NCBI GenBank assembly: GCA_000091205.1
Contig: AP006490.2
Source of the DNA: Cyanidioschyzon merolae
Taxonomy: Eukaryota
DNA length: 64,000 bases
Strand: one strand, 5' to 3'
Shown: piece by piece, positions 1-10,708 of the stretch
Layout: every line of letters starts with the position of its first letter
Position numbering within the stretch: position 1 is the first letter of the stretch
Program-made: the position numbers and the translations under genes
The notes under the pieces: model-generated
Told to the model about the DNA's origin: nothing
The model's input: only the letters and a program-made list of their open reading frames with translations
The model's database searches: none

Positions 1-60
1 GCAATTCGTGCGCTGCATTGACGAGACCAAAAAAATACTCGAGGTCGTCCCATGCCAACT

Positions 61-505
61 TGTTAACGAGCGTATTCCTAAATTTGACTGTGTTTCTTTC
101 GTCAAATAAAACAATCCGCACGAAGAACAGTTCCTGTTCTCTTTATGGCTATCGAAGGGACCGCGTTCTATAGCAACATGATATCTTTCAAAGGATACGT
201 TCGCAGAGGCTACCGTTCTATTTGGACTGTGTTTCTTTCGTCAAATAAAACAATCCGCACGAAGAACAGTTCCTGTTCTCTTTATGGCTATCGAAGGGAC
301 CGCGTTCTATAGCAACATGATATCTTTCAAAGGATACGTTCGCAGATGCTACCACTCTTTTTGGACTGAGTTTCTTTCGTCAAATAAAACAATCCGTACG
401 AAGAACATTTCCTGTTCTCTTTATGAGTATCGAAGGGACCGCGTTCCACAGCAGCACGGTATCTTTCAAAGGATACGTTCGCAGAGGCTGTCGCTCTTTC
501 TGTTT
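61..505. repeat. tandem satellite, ~139-bp unit x ~3.2 copies
   Basis: Unit starting GACTGTGTTTCTTTCGTCAAATAAAACAATCCGCACGAAGAACAG recurs at ~86, ~225 and ~364 (period 139), with a partial copy at 61-85. Copies are ~90-95% identical. ORFs 284..742, 380..937, 504..845 and 618..917 lie inside the array and are repeat artefacts. Confidence 0.85.
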
Positions 506-2577
506 ACATGGAAAAGCGTATCGGGCACGGATTTGAGTCAAAGCAGCGATCGCTGCCAGCGGAGAGAGCGTAAACGCTTCGCACGAAGGCAACGTAGATG
601 GATCGAAATCTCTCCGCATGTTCTTCAGCGTGGATCGCCTTCCAGGACTCGTTTCGTCGTGGATTGCATTGCGTTCGACAAATCCTATGTCGAATGGAAT
701 AGCGTGCGTTTGCGCTTGCACTTGCGGCGGACACAGTACTAGCCGTTGTGATCGTGAAGAGAGCAGGCAGCGGACACTGGGTACGGCGCCGGGCGGGAAA
801 CATTGGAGTGCACCGCGAGGAGCCCTCTTTACCCGCCGAAGGCATGTACCGAGCAGTGAAGAAAACGTTGATGCGCCACGGGCTGCCCCTGGAGTGGAAG
901 GCGCGCTAGACGTATAGAGACTCTCTTCTACATCCAAGAGTGTTCATTGCGAAAAGCTTTCCACTGCTGCATACAAAGAAAATGACCACGGTAAGCGATA
1001 CGTTGGTCGCGACTACTCTCTATGTATCAAATGCATCGACAACTGCGGAAACCGCAAAATCATGACTTTAAAACTGCCATCTACATCCTTCCACTGCTGA
1101 TCACGGGGCCGGAAGGAAAAGACAGATCATCGTATTCAGAGCCGGAGGTAAGAGACAGGCAAGTATGCAGGAGTGGGAAAGCCCGCAAGTACTGGTGCTG
1201 ACGACATTAAGAGCAGGCCCAAACTTTAGAGTCCACACTCGTGTTAGGCAAGTGGACCTCTTGCATGACAGCCGGGCACGGGTGTAACAATATGTCCGAA
1301 GAATCCACAGGCGCTCACGAATGAACCAGACCTGTCTGGATTGTATGCCCATCCGAATCGCATGCTTCCTCCGTCGAATGTGTGATCAGCTCGACTTGCC
1401 CGTCAGGTGCATCCTTCAGGGCACTCATGCTCGGCTGGTGTCGTTCGTCGGAAGCAAGCTAGATGCTGTTCGTGGACGAACGCTGCGACGCCCACCTTGC
1501 CGGGTCGGAACGCGACTCAAACGATGCACACCCGTCAGCTCCGATACGTTCCAAGACAGTCTCGCATGTGCATCAAGTGTTTTGCTTAGACGCCCTTCTT
1601 CGCCTTCGTCGCGTGCGGTCATTTGTTCCTTCCTCCGCCTCGAGGCTCGGTACAGGTTTCACACGAACCTCTTTCAACACCGGTTCATGGAGCGCTTCCG
1701 TATCCCCGGCTGCGGTGCCAAGTGCCTCCGTGGGTTTCTCTTGAAGCTGATGAACGTGCTCTGCATTTCGAGAAAACTCGACTCGCTTCTGCGGCAAAAG
1801 CCGTTCGGCTGCGCGCAGTCGTTGGCGGAAGTACAACCACGTACCAGCGAGAAGCAACACCGTCACCCCGTACGATAGCCATACTTCGGGGTACGCTCGA
1901 GTGATGTCAAACACACCGATTCGTGTTGACTCAGGCTCGTTACTCGGATAGCTTGAAGGCTCTGCGTCAAGCGGTGTGGCGCCCCGCTCTAGCGTTGTCG
2001 CAGCTCCAGTGCGGGTCTCAAGGGGGCTACAAAAAATGAGCCCCTGCCCTAGAGCGAACTTTTTCACAGTACAGCCGGCTTCGTACATATACGACCAGAG
2101 CGACATGGCCTCGATCATTAACTTACGAAAAGGTCACCAGACCCTATCCATATCTTCGCTCGTAACCAGCCAAGTGGGTGCGTTCTGCGAAAGCGTTTGT
2201 CACTGGCGGGCAGCATCATCGAAAGCGCCGCTGTGGCGTCGTGGCTTGCAAGTCCTGTTAGTGTCTTTCAACTCAGTATGTGCAAGCACCACCCCTGTGG
2301 TGTACAGTAAGAGATCGAAATCACGATGCAATGTACCGCATAGATCGTAGAAGAACTGCGTGTTGGATATCTATTCTTTACTGAACAGTGACGGAGGACT
2401 GCATTCTCCTCTGAGGTCAGTTACACTACAGCATTCAGGTGGTTGAGGACCACTGAAAGAAAGAAGCATACGCGCTCCGCATCATAAACCGATATTCTTA
2501 ATGAATGCATGCTACCAGTCGTAGAAAACGACCGACTGATCACTTTGCGTTAGGCGAAAGCGGCGATAATAGACACC

Positions 2578-2910
2578 ATGGGCGCCTCTGTTTCTCAACA
2601 GCTTGTTCGTGTGATCCTGAAAACACTGGAATACGGTTGTGAAAAAAGCGTCCTAGTTCACGTCCGCCCATTTTCCACCGAAATCGCAACGACAGCGTTC
2701 TTGGAACGTCACTATCCATATGAAGCACAGGAAAGTCGGTTTCGTTTTTTTATCGATGATACCTTCGTTGGGCGATTCTGTTGTAGCGTATATGGGTATT
2801 CGCGGAACAGGGTGCCCGTGTTATGCACGACTGAACTCGAAGAGAACGACGACATCATCATTTGTTGGAGCTGTAGTGGAATTATTTGTCGGCCTCAGTT
2901 CCGCCCGTAA
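2578..2910 (+). pseudogene. Tc1/mariner-like (DDE_3) transposase fragment
   Basis: The translation LVRVILKTLEYG...FFIDDTFVGRFCCSVYGYSRNRVPVLCTTELEENDDIIICWSCSGII resembles Tc1 transposase (HTH, the first-D region 'sDEskF', then the ...VWG.FS.G region). It is ~45% identical to the fragment in the inverted-repeat arms (59067..59465 and 63092..63490). The ORF is truncated. Confidence 0.5.
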
Positions 2911-3299
2911 AGCAGGCCCGTACAACAGCACCAACGACTTTGTCGAATCATTGAGGACGTTTTCCTGACGTCTGGCGACGCCCTTACATTAGGAAAAGGT
3001 GGTATTTCACCATTACCCTTCGTGTTCGAGCTTTTGCTTACTCTATCGGGGTAGAGCAGCACTTCATTCTTCCGGACGCTCCGTGTTTCAACTGCATCGG
3101 ATCAGTGTTCTCCATCATGAAACATAACCATCGCTCCACTGGGCGAATCGCTAAATCGTCCAGCACACGGTGACATGCTGGGGCATATTTCCTCATTCTC
3201 GTGCAATCTCTTCTTCTTCTGGGAAGATCGTCACCTACTGGCATTAGAAAGTGCAATCATTTTCAGAACAAAGGAGAGAACGATCTGGGATGTACACTT

Positions 3300-3520
3300 C
3301 AGAGCGTCGAGAAGGAGACAAGGCAGCGGAGCGCTTTGGTGATAGAGAAGTATAGAGAGCTCGCAATGCAGCAAGTGGCACGGAGGGCACGAGCTCTACC
3401 AACCCCTGCACTGACGAGTTCCACCAAAGGCAATAAACGCATGGAGTTCGTGCACTAAGAATTCAACGCCGCCATCTATATCAGACGATATGCAATGCTG
3501 AAGACAAGACCTAGGGGCGT
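3300..3520 (+). pseudogene. Fanzor/TnpB-like RuvC-III remnant
   Basis: ...LTSSTKGNKRMEFVH then a stop, then EFNAAIYIRRYAM continues the RuvC-III signature (D/N-x-NAA-x-NI) seen intact in copies c and d. Broken by an in-frame stop. Confidence 0.5.
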
Positions 3521-3739
3521 GACGCGAGCCAACGTTATGAAGCAGTCTCTCAGGCTCGAAGTGTGTCTGGATGAAACCCGAAACCGATAGCATCGATCTG
3601 GTCGAAAAGTGCTGGAAGGTGGCGTCTGCGCGTGGGTATGCATTTACCCCACATTGTCGTACAAAATACTTGCGCCAATCATATGTAGTTCCCTTGCGCT
3701 TTCACCTGCTCTCTGTGGGCTATTCTTCGAGCAGTATGC

Positions 3740-5677
3740 ATGGGGGTCTGGTCGGACTTTCGAAAATTTCTTGAAGACGGTGCTTTCTTCAACCAGAATG
3801 GGTTTAAACCCGCCTGGTTCGTATACGTGGTGCAGCTCTGGAGCCTCTTGCAAGCTTTCATTCTACCAGCTGCGCAAACCTTGGCGGGGTTGTTCGCGCT
3901 TCGTGTTGCTGCTGGAGTTTTGAGCCGTCTGCGGCCTTTTTGTAGACTGGCTGCTCATCATCTACCTAGTTTGAATTCTCTCTGGAATGATAGGCACAAT
4001 GGTTTGCCACTGGGCACGGACGCGGTCGCACTGCGGAAACGCGGTGCTGTCACCGACCGTGCTGCGGCCCTGGAACCGCTCGGCGCCAAACTAGCGCACT
4101 CCAGGGCGGAAAACGCTGGACGCTGCGACACAGTGGCTTGTGAAGCTGGCGGTGCACCGCGGAACGAGACTTGTATTGCTCGCTGTCGGTCATTTCTGGT
4201 AGAGCTACGACGAAAGCCTCAGCTTGGCTGGCCGAGGCTTCTCTATCGCGTTCTGCAGCTGCTCATTGTGCTGCGCGGGCTCATGCTTTTCAAGCATCTG
4301 GCGCTCACGAACGAGCCACGGACTTATTTTTATTCGACAAGTATCGTACCCCCTCCGTTATGCCCACTGAATGACCTGGAGCCCCTTATTGAGAAGGAGT
4401 CTCGTTTTCTGCAAGTGGAGTTACCTCGTTATGTCGCGCAGGTCCAGGAAGCGCTTTGGCAAGATGCCAGACGCTATGGTGAACCAGGCATCCGGAAGCA
4501 TCGCATTGTGCTGTACCGCGCCAGCTGCGACGGCTTGGGCAACCGCCTGACCGGCCTTGTATCAGCGTTCTACTATGCCTATATGAGCCAGCGTGCCTTT
4601 CTCGTAGACTGGAACGGCTGTGCAGCGGTCGTGAGCGGCACTCTCGAAGATCTGGTCGATCCTCCCTTCGCATGGAGTGCACGCGACCTACTCCGCGTCC
4701 TCGGTGCAGACGATCGCCAGCATGCTGCTCGAAGAAGCGATCAAGATACGGATCCGGTGCTCGTCGAATTTCAACGTATCTTCGGTGATGCCGGTGTGCG
4801 GCGTCTGTCGACTGCATACTGCAGGCCGTGTCCGGAGCGACGCCCTCTGCGAGACCTGGAACATATGCTGTGTGAGCGTTTTGTCGATGACTCGACCCCC
4901 GTTGTCGACTTTTACGGCACACACTGGACTGGAGCGACCATTCAGCATAATCCCTATTTCCGGACTGCTTCTTGCAAACTCTTCGGCAATGATGCCTTTG
5001 GCATCCTTTCGCGTGCGCTGCTCAGGCCAAATGCAGTGGTTCAGCGCATCGCGGCTCCGGTTCTTGAGGAAATGTCAAGGGCGGTTCTCACGATCGCTCT
5101 GCAAATACGACGACGTGACAGCTACGGCATCTCGGCGGCCATGGAGGAGGTCATGTGGCGCTGCGCACAACAGATTCGAGTGCTTCACTTTCAGCGACGA
5201 ACACTCGGAGACCGCTCGAACAAAGCATCGACACCCGGCCATTCGACTGGCCGAAACGAGTCCGGGATCGGGAATCAAACTTTCTACCGCACGCTTTTGT
5301 TCATCGCGGCCGATAACGATCGGTCCCGCAAGCGGATCGAGGACGGCAGTAGCAAGGAGCACACTGGCCTCCATGCGATCTATTTGTCAAGCCCGCTGAC
5401 CAAGACGGAGCTAGTCGGGATACAATACGCTTTTGCGGAGATGTACCTGCTGAGCAAAGCAGATGAGATTATTATCAGCCCGTATTCGAGCTTTGGCAGT
5501 TTCACTCATGGCTGGTCCAGTAAAGTACCATGGATTGCGCTGCGTTCGGGGAAGTGCATGCAAACGACTTCGAGCATGCCATGCGATGTGTATTGGTTTG
5601 GAGTGCAGCGCCTGTCATGTTTCAATGCGAGCATGCTGAGTAGTGAGATGGTGAACATGGATTCATGCTATGGTTGA
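3740..5677 (+). CDS. type II membrane glycosyltransferase, fucosyltransferase-like
   Basis: 645-aa ORF starting at a true ATG. N-terminal hydrophobic anchor (AWFVYVVQLWSLLQAFILPAAQTLAGLFAL). Has the G-L-G-N-R motif (ASCDGLGNRLTGLVSAFYYAY) and a C-terminal motif (YAFAEMYLLSKADEIIISPYSSFGS) typical of alpha-1,2/alpha-1,6/O-fucosyltransferase folds. Family assignment is tentative. Confidence 0.55.
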   Translation: MGVWSDFRKFLEDGAFFNQNGFKPAWFVYVVQLWSLLQAFILPAAQTLAGLFALRVAAGVLSRLRPFCRLAAHHLPSLNSLWNDRHNGLPLGTDAVALRKRGAVTDRAAALEPLGAKLAHSRAENAGRCDTVACEAGGAPRNETCIARCRSFLVELRRKPQLGWPRLLYRVLQLLIVLRGLMLFKHLALTNEPRTYFYSTSIVPPPLCPLNDLEPLIEKESRFLQVELPRYVAQVQEALWQDARRYGEPGIRKHRIVLYRASCDGLGNRLTGLVSAFYYAYMSQRAFLVDWNGCAAVVSGTLEDLVDPPFAWSARDLLRVLGADDRQHAARRSDQDTDPVLVEFQRIFGDAGVRRLSTAYCRPCPERRPLRDLEHMLCERFVDDSTPVVDFYGTHWTGATIQHNPYFRTASCKLFGNDAFGILSRALLRPNAVVQRIAAPVLEEMSRAVLTIALQIRRRDSYGISAAMEEVMWRCAQQIRVLHFQRRTLGDRSNKASTPGHSTGRNESGIGNQTFYRTLLFIAADNDRSRKRIEDGSSKEHTGLHAIYLSSPLTKTELVGIQYAFAEMYLLSKADEIIISPYSSFGSFTHGWSSKVPWIALRSGKCMQTTSSMPCDVYWFGVQRLSCFNASMLSSEMVNMDSCYG

Positions 5678-8600
5678 GGCGCACTGCCTTGTGCTCGACG
5701 CAGACGAACGCTGCCCAGACATGACCGGGTGTATCCGAATGAATAGGAGTCGTTCAAAACGTTCTGCGTAGAGCTGTGAATTCGGGGACACCTGGACTAG
5801 GACGCCTGTTCTGGTCCTGTTTGTTTTCTTGCAGGTACTCGGTAAAAGGAATGTTTCATGTTGATGGGAAAGAGGCTGCCGAGAGACTCTGTGGTGGAGT
5901 CACCGCCGGCCTGTGAAAACTGACCTTACCAGTCTTTCTCAGTATTGGAAGGGTAAGCGGGTGTATAAGCCACGCTTCCCGGAGTCCATAGTCTGAACAT
6001 GGTGTACCCCAATGAGAATGTATTAAACTCTATCTACACAGTTTGCTCCTCGTCAGCTCATTACAGTTTACAAATTTTTCTAAGGTATGCTGCGAGAAAA
6101 TGCAGAGTTTGTGAAGTTTCCGTATCTTTGGATTGAACATCGAGGAAGCGACGCAGGTACGCAAAGCCAAAAGCACCTATCTACCGCAGACTGTCGCGCG
6201 TTGCACAACTCAGTATCAGCTTCATAGGGAAACACGAGTGCTTACACTAGGTGCGACGGGCGTTCATCTGACTCGAGGCGACTTGATTCTAGAAAATGCT
6301 AGCCCTTCACACGGGTAATCCAAGTAGGGCAAACGTGGGTTGGTAATGAAGAAATAAGCGAACATAGCGACGACAGCAGTCCGAGCGGTGATTCCGTCGC
6401 ATGGTCTCTTACAAATCCGCACAGAGACAGTGTTTCTGAACACCGCGTACTTCGTCGAGGCACTGACCGTCGATTCTCCTTCGCATAGAGTTTTGTGCTG
6501 TTCTCGGACAGTGTGGCTCTCCACCTCTCAAAGTCGGCAAGGCGTATTCAGCTAGGATTCGCGTTGAGATGCTTTTCGTGTCGACCGATTTTCTCTGGTT
6601 CAATCCAGTCGAAGAGGTATTCGACTGTTGGTGTGGAAAGCCGTTTCTACGCTCATGTATTGAGAAAAGTTCCGTCTGCATACGGGGCACCTTTCTTCAA
6701 CAAGACGTTCTTCGGAACCTTCACCAGCATTGAACTGATTTTTTGCGTTATTGCTCATGCGTGGGCGGAACCAGAAAGGTGCGCTTCGGTCCGAGCGCTT
6801 GCTCGCTGGGAGAAAATCACGAAACGCAACGTGGAGTATAGTAGGTAAGCAGATGCAAAATGATACTTTCAGTCGGGTCGTCCACCCAGAAATTCGGATT
6901 CCTGAGAGAAACGGATACGGGTTACAGTGACCATATCAATGCTACACTGCCAAATAGAGGAGAAGGAGAAGAAAACGCCGGGCATAGAAAAGATACGATC
7001 CTTCCAAAAAGAAGACATGGAGGAACAGGAAGCATGAGCTCGCTTAGAAGCTGGGCGCAACTATGGGTCGCAAAGCCTCTTACTCGAGGAACGCTTGCCT
7101 TGCGCCACCCGCCGTGAAGCAGCTCGGCGAGCAACTGGTCACAGCAGTTCCAGTCACGTGGCTACAAGCTATCCATATTTCTCACTAATTTTTCGATGAG
7201 GCCTATGTGCGACAACAACAGCTGCTTTTCGGGGTGGACGAAGCGAAATGGCCGGATCGTTGGATCAGGGATTTCCTGACACAATTTCCTGGATACTTTA
7301 AAGCGTCACCGTGCCCCGCTGACGATCGGAATATATCCAGCGCAGGTCGGAAAAGTATCAAATCGATCGATGAGATTCGTTCTGAACCGGTCAAGATGTG
7401 CGAACCGAGAACCTTTTTGATGAACTTGGATTCCAGGCTGAAGAGTATACTGCCCGTTCCGTGAGCTCCACAGCACAAGGACAATGCCGAAGATCTGAAC
7501 GGAAACCATGTGAAGATGCTCTGCTACTCCAGGGCTCCATATTCTCGGAGTTTATATCTGACAGACACCAGTCAACATTCCAAAATGTGGAATGAAGGCG
7601 TCAGAACGCATGCCGACACCCCGTGCATCGTTTCGAGCGGAGGGCGGTGCTTTGTTTGCATCATTCAGCGAGGACGTGAGCTTCCGCATCGCTCATGCGG
7701 ATGACCCTTGGCAGTGGTATCTGAGGGTGCGCGGGGGTCGCCCGCGGTGTCCGTTGTACGGGAGCGAGTAGCTTGCATTCACCAATTTCTCCAACGGGTT
7801 GGAACGGGAAACGACGCACAAGTTGCGACGTTCGGTGGTATCTAAGGGCGCTGGTCGTGTTGGTGCGCGCCTGGGATGCACCCCTGGTCCATCGCCACGC
7901 TCGTGTTGAGAGCTCTGGGATTCATGCTCTCCGCTGCCAATCGACGAATTCGGGGCGGTATTCACGCATAACGTGCACGGTTGCACGCTGGAACTACGAG
8001 AGAAGGAGAGCGTGAAACGTAGCCAGCTGATGGAGATGGTGCTCGGTAAGCTAGCCAAGCATTACGTGGCGAGGAGTTTGAATACGATTGGCTTGCAATG
8101 ACGTGATTCCACCATCAAGAATGCACCCTAGAGGATTTTTCTCTGGGGTCTGAACGGTTCGAGCAGTATCCAGAAAAGTCTCGTGTTTTCTGAGCGTGTG
8201 GCGGCTTTGAATTTTGCAAAGTCTCGAAGAAGTCGTTTGGAGCTCGATTTGGGCCTTTTCTGATGCGTTGAAAACTTTCGAAGAAAAAAGGCAGTGCTCA
8301 GAAGCAAGAAAATTGGTTTCTCACCTAGTGCCCGGCACTGGTAGAGCACGGTCAGCGATCGAGCAAGGCTGGAGCACCCCATATATATTCCGGAACCGGA
8401 TTTTCCTGACGATTGGAGAACGCTAATAGTGGTTCATATTCGATATTACAGAGTATACGCAGGGCCTGGAAAAGGGTCGTCTTGGTTTATAACGCGTTGG
8501 GTGAAAATGCTCAGCTTTGTATGATTGCCATCACCCGCCTAGGCTCTGCGGGTCGCGCAACATACTCGTTAATGCCACGTTCCTCCGGGGGATTCCGGAT

Positions 8601-9187
8601 AGAAGCATTCATCTATTACCATCAGAGACACCCGTTTCTTCACGCAAGCCGACTAATTTCGGAAGCATTAGCGCGACATGTAGCTTACCATCGAGCGCGA
8701 TACCCCAGAGAACACACAGCTCCGAAAACTGCAACCAGAATAGAGGAGAGGACCCGATGCTGTGGTGGCGCGGGAAAAGCGTTCCTCGCGCCTTCCTCAC
8801 AGAATACGATGTACTAGGATGTGAGGCACAGGGGCATCTAAAAGCTCGAGCGCAGTGGCGTCAGCACGCATGCGAGCGAGCGTAGGCAGCATGAAACCCG
8901 GCGTTTCAGACTACAGAGCCCAGCATTCTATTTGCCTGTCTGCGCTGTCTTGGTGCATAGGCATTCCAGCCGTGAACGTTGCACTGCTGTGCATAATTGA
9001 GCGGTCCCGCTGCTTCAAGAATTTCGGGGAATACCTTGCACGGTATCAGCAGCTGGAGACTGCGCCTCGTATCCCGCTTCCGTACCCAGGAATTCGATTT
9101 AGTTTCCCTCACGAATATATCTCGCATGACATCCTCCAGTCTCGCGTGTTAAGTCTACGGCGAAGCGATGCCGCTGGCAGCTCGTGC

Positions 9188-10708
9188 TCAGGCTGGACGA
9201 AGCGTCAATTTCTCGCCGAGCACGGAAACCGCATCAACCAGAGCATCTATAAAGCGATCAATGTCTGCCGAGGAATTATAGACGTAGACAGAAGCTCGGG
9301 CACTCCCTCCGACGCCAAGAGCGTCCCGGTGGAGCGGCTGCGCGCAATGGTGTCCTGCACGAATCGCGATCCCATCTAGGTCGATGATGGTAGCCAAATC
9401 ACTTGGATGCACACCACGCACATTGAATGCACAGAGGGCCGCTCTCTCGAGACCGAGATCGTTGTCCAGGGGCGGCCCATAGATCGATATCTCTTGGAAC
9501 TGTTCCAGGGATTCGTAGAGATATCGGGCAAGCTGGAGCTCGAACTGGTGAATGCGTTTCATGCCGCCAAGGCCATCCTCCAGGTAGTCTATGGCTGCGC
9601 CTAGTGCGACTGCATCGCCAATCGAAGGAGTTCCCGCCTCGAACTTATGCGGCAAATCTGCAAACGTACTGTGGTCAAGAAACACTTCCGCGATCATCTC
9701 ACCGCCACCGAGAAAGGGTGCCATTTCTCTGCGAAGCACGTGCTCTTTCCCATACAGGATACCGATCCCCGTCGGGCCGCACATTTTGTGACCACTGGCC
9801 ACGAGCCACTCGCATCCGATATCCTGGACGTCTACTGGCATATGAGGAACCGCCTGGCATGCATCGACGAGCACGGAAGCTCCTGCTTGATGAGCTAGCT
9901 CCGTTATTCGTCTGACGTCCTGCACGTACCCGAGAACGTTGCCAACATAGGCGATTGCCACCAGCTTTGTTCTCTCCGACAACATTTTCTCGAATGTATC
10001 CATGTCCAAGGCTTGTACCTGTGGCAACAGCGGTATGTGCCGTAGTCGAGCTCCGGTGCGCTGCGCTACAAGCTGCCACGGCACCAGGTTGGCATGGTGC
10101 TCGGCCACCGAGACAATGATTTCGTCGCCAGGAGTGAGGTTCCCGCCCAGCAAACCCCATGCGTACGCTACAGTGTTAATCGCTTCAGTCGCATTCCGGG
10201 TGAAAACAATTTCAGTATCCTTTTTCGCGTTCAAGAATCGAGCGACTTTTGCTCTCGCGCTCTCGAAAGCCTCCGTTGCCTGCTGTGAGAGCCTGTGCGC
10301 CCCGCGGTGGACGTTCGCGTTTTCGTACCGATAGAAGTGCGAGAGCGCTTCGATGACTTGCAAAGGCTTCTGCGACGTCGCAGCAGAGTCCAGATAGACG
10401 AGTTGCTTACCTTCCGTGGTGGTTCTCTCCAGGATCGGGAACGAGTCCTTGTCCAAGGCAGCGATCGCAGGACGATTTCGGCGGTGTCCAGGAGCTTCAA
10501 CAGATGTGCCAGCCTGTCCGACACTGGAGGCTTCAGCCTTCAGCCTGTATGCCCCAACCCAACGAGCAGCTCCTCTGTGATGAGCGCAAGTTCGTCCAGC
10601 AGCACTGAGACACGATTCTAGAGGTGCCTGGTCACGAGTCTTGGCACCGGAAAGCTTGCCGCTTCTACCGAAGCGTGCAGTACCGACGGTGTGCTGCACA
10701 GTAAACAT
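9188..10708 (-). CDS. SUFS: SufS-type (group II) cysteine desulfurase, class V aminotransferase, with ~95-aa N-terminal presequence
   Basis: Motifs: FTRNATEAINTVAYAWG; PLP-lysine region SGHKMCGPTGIGILYGKEH; group II signature RAGHHCAQP; near-colinear with E. coli SufS. The track start at 10723 is a TTG. The first ATG gives MFTVQHTVGTARFGRSGK..., an Arg/Ala/Ser-rich extension that looks like an organellar transit peptide rather than a signal peptide. Confidence 0.85.
   Translation of the reverse strand: MFTVQHTVGTARFGRSGKLSGAKTRDQAPLESCLSAAGRTCAHHRGAARWVGAYRLKAEASSVGQAGTSVEAPGHRRNRPAIAALDKDSFPILERTTTEGKQLVYLDSAATSQKPLQVIEALSHFYRYENANVHRGAHRLSQQATEAFESARAKVARFLNAKKDTEIVFTRNATEAINTVAYAWGLLGGNLTPGDEIIVSVAEHHANLVPWQLVAQRTGARLRHIPLLPQVQALDMDTFEKMLSERTKLVAIAYVGNVLGYVQDVRRITELAHQAGASVLVDACQAVPHMPVDVQDIGCEWLVASGHKMCGPTGIGILYGKEHVLRREMAPFLGGGEMIAEVFLDHSTFADLPHKFEAGTPSIGDAVALGAAIDYLEDGLGGMKRIHQFELQLARYLYESLEQFQEISIYGPPLDNDLGLERAALCAFNVRGVHPSDLATIIDLDGIAIRAGHHCAQPLHRDALGVGGSARASVYVYNSSADIDRFIDALVDAVSVLGEKLTLRPA

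Larger units (their letters stand above)
2578..3660 (+). mobile_element. degraded composite element (copy a): Tc1/mariner-like transposase fragment, then Fanzor/TnpB-like C-terminal remnant, then family 3' motif
   Basis: Same order and orientation as the longer copy d at 56425-59698. The 3' segment 3598-3660 (CTGGTCGAAAAGTGCTGGAAGGTGGCGTCTGCGCGTGGGTATGCATTTACCCCACATTGTCG) aligns with the 3' ends of copies b, c and e. Confidence 0.5.

Noticed and set aside
284-937. ORFs 284..742, 380..937, 504..845 and 618..917 of 99-185 aa
   Set aside because: They lie inside the 139-bp tandem repeat, so the open frames reflect repeat periodicity. No protein similarity.
1321-2118. ORFs 1321..1878 (+) and 1573..2118 (-, contains a TM-like stretch)
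   Set aside because: Mutually overlapping. No recognisable similarity. Could be a small membrane-protein gene, but support is insufficient.
8855-9915. ORFs 8855..9379 (+) and 9427..9915 (+) overlapping the SufS gene
   Set aside because: Antisense to a strongly supported CDS. Arg/Ala-rich, the typical antisense artefact of a GC-rich coding region.
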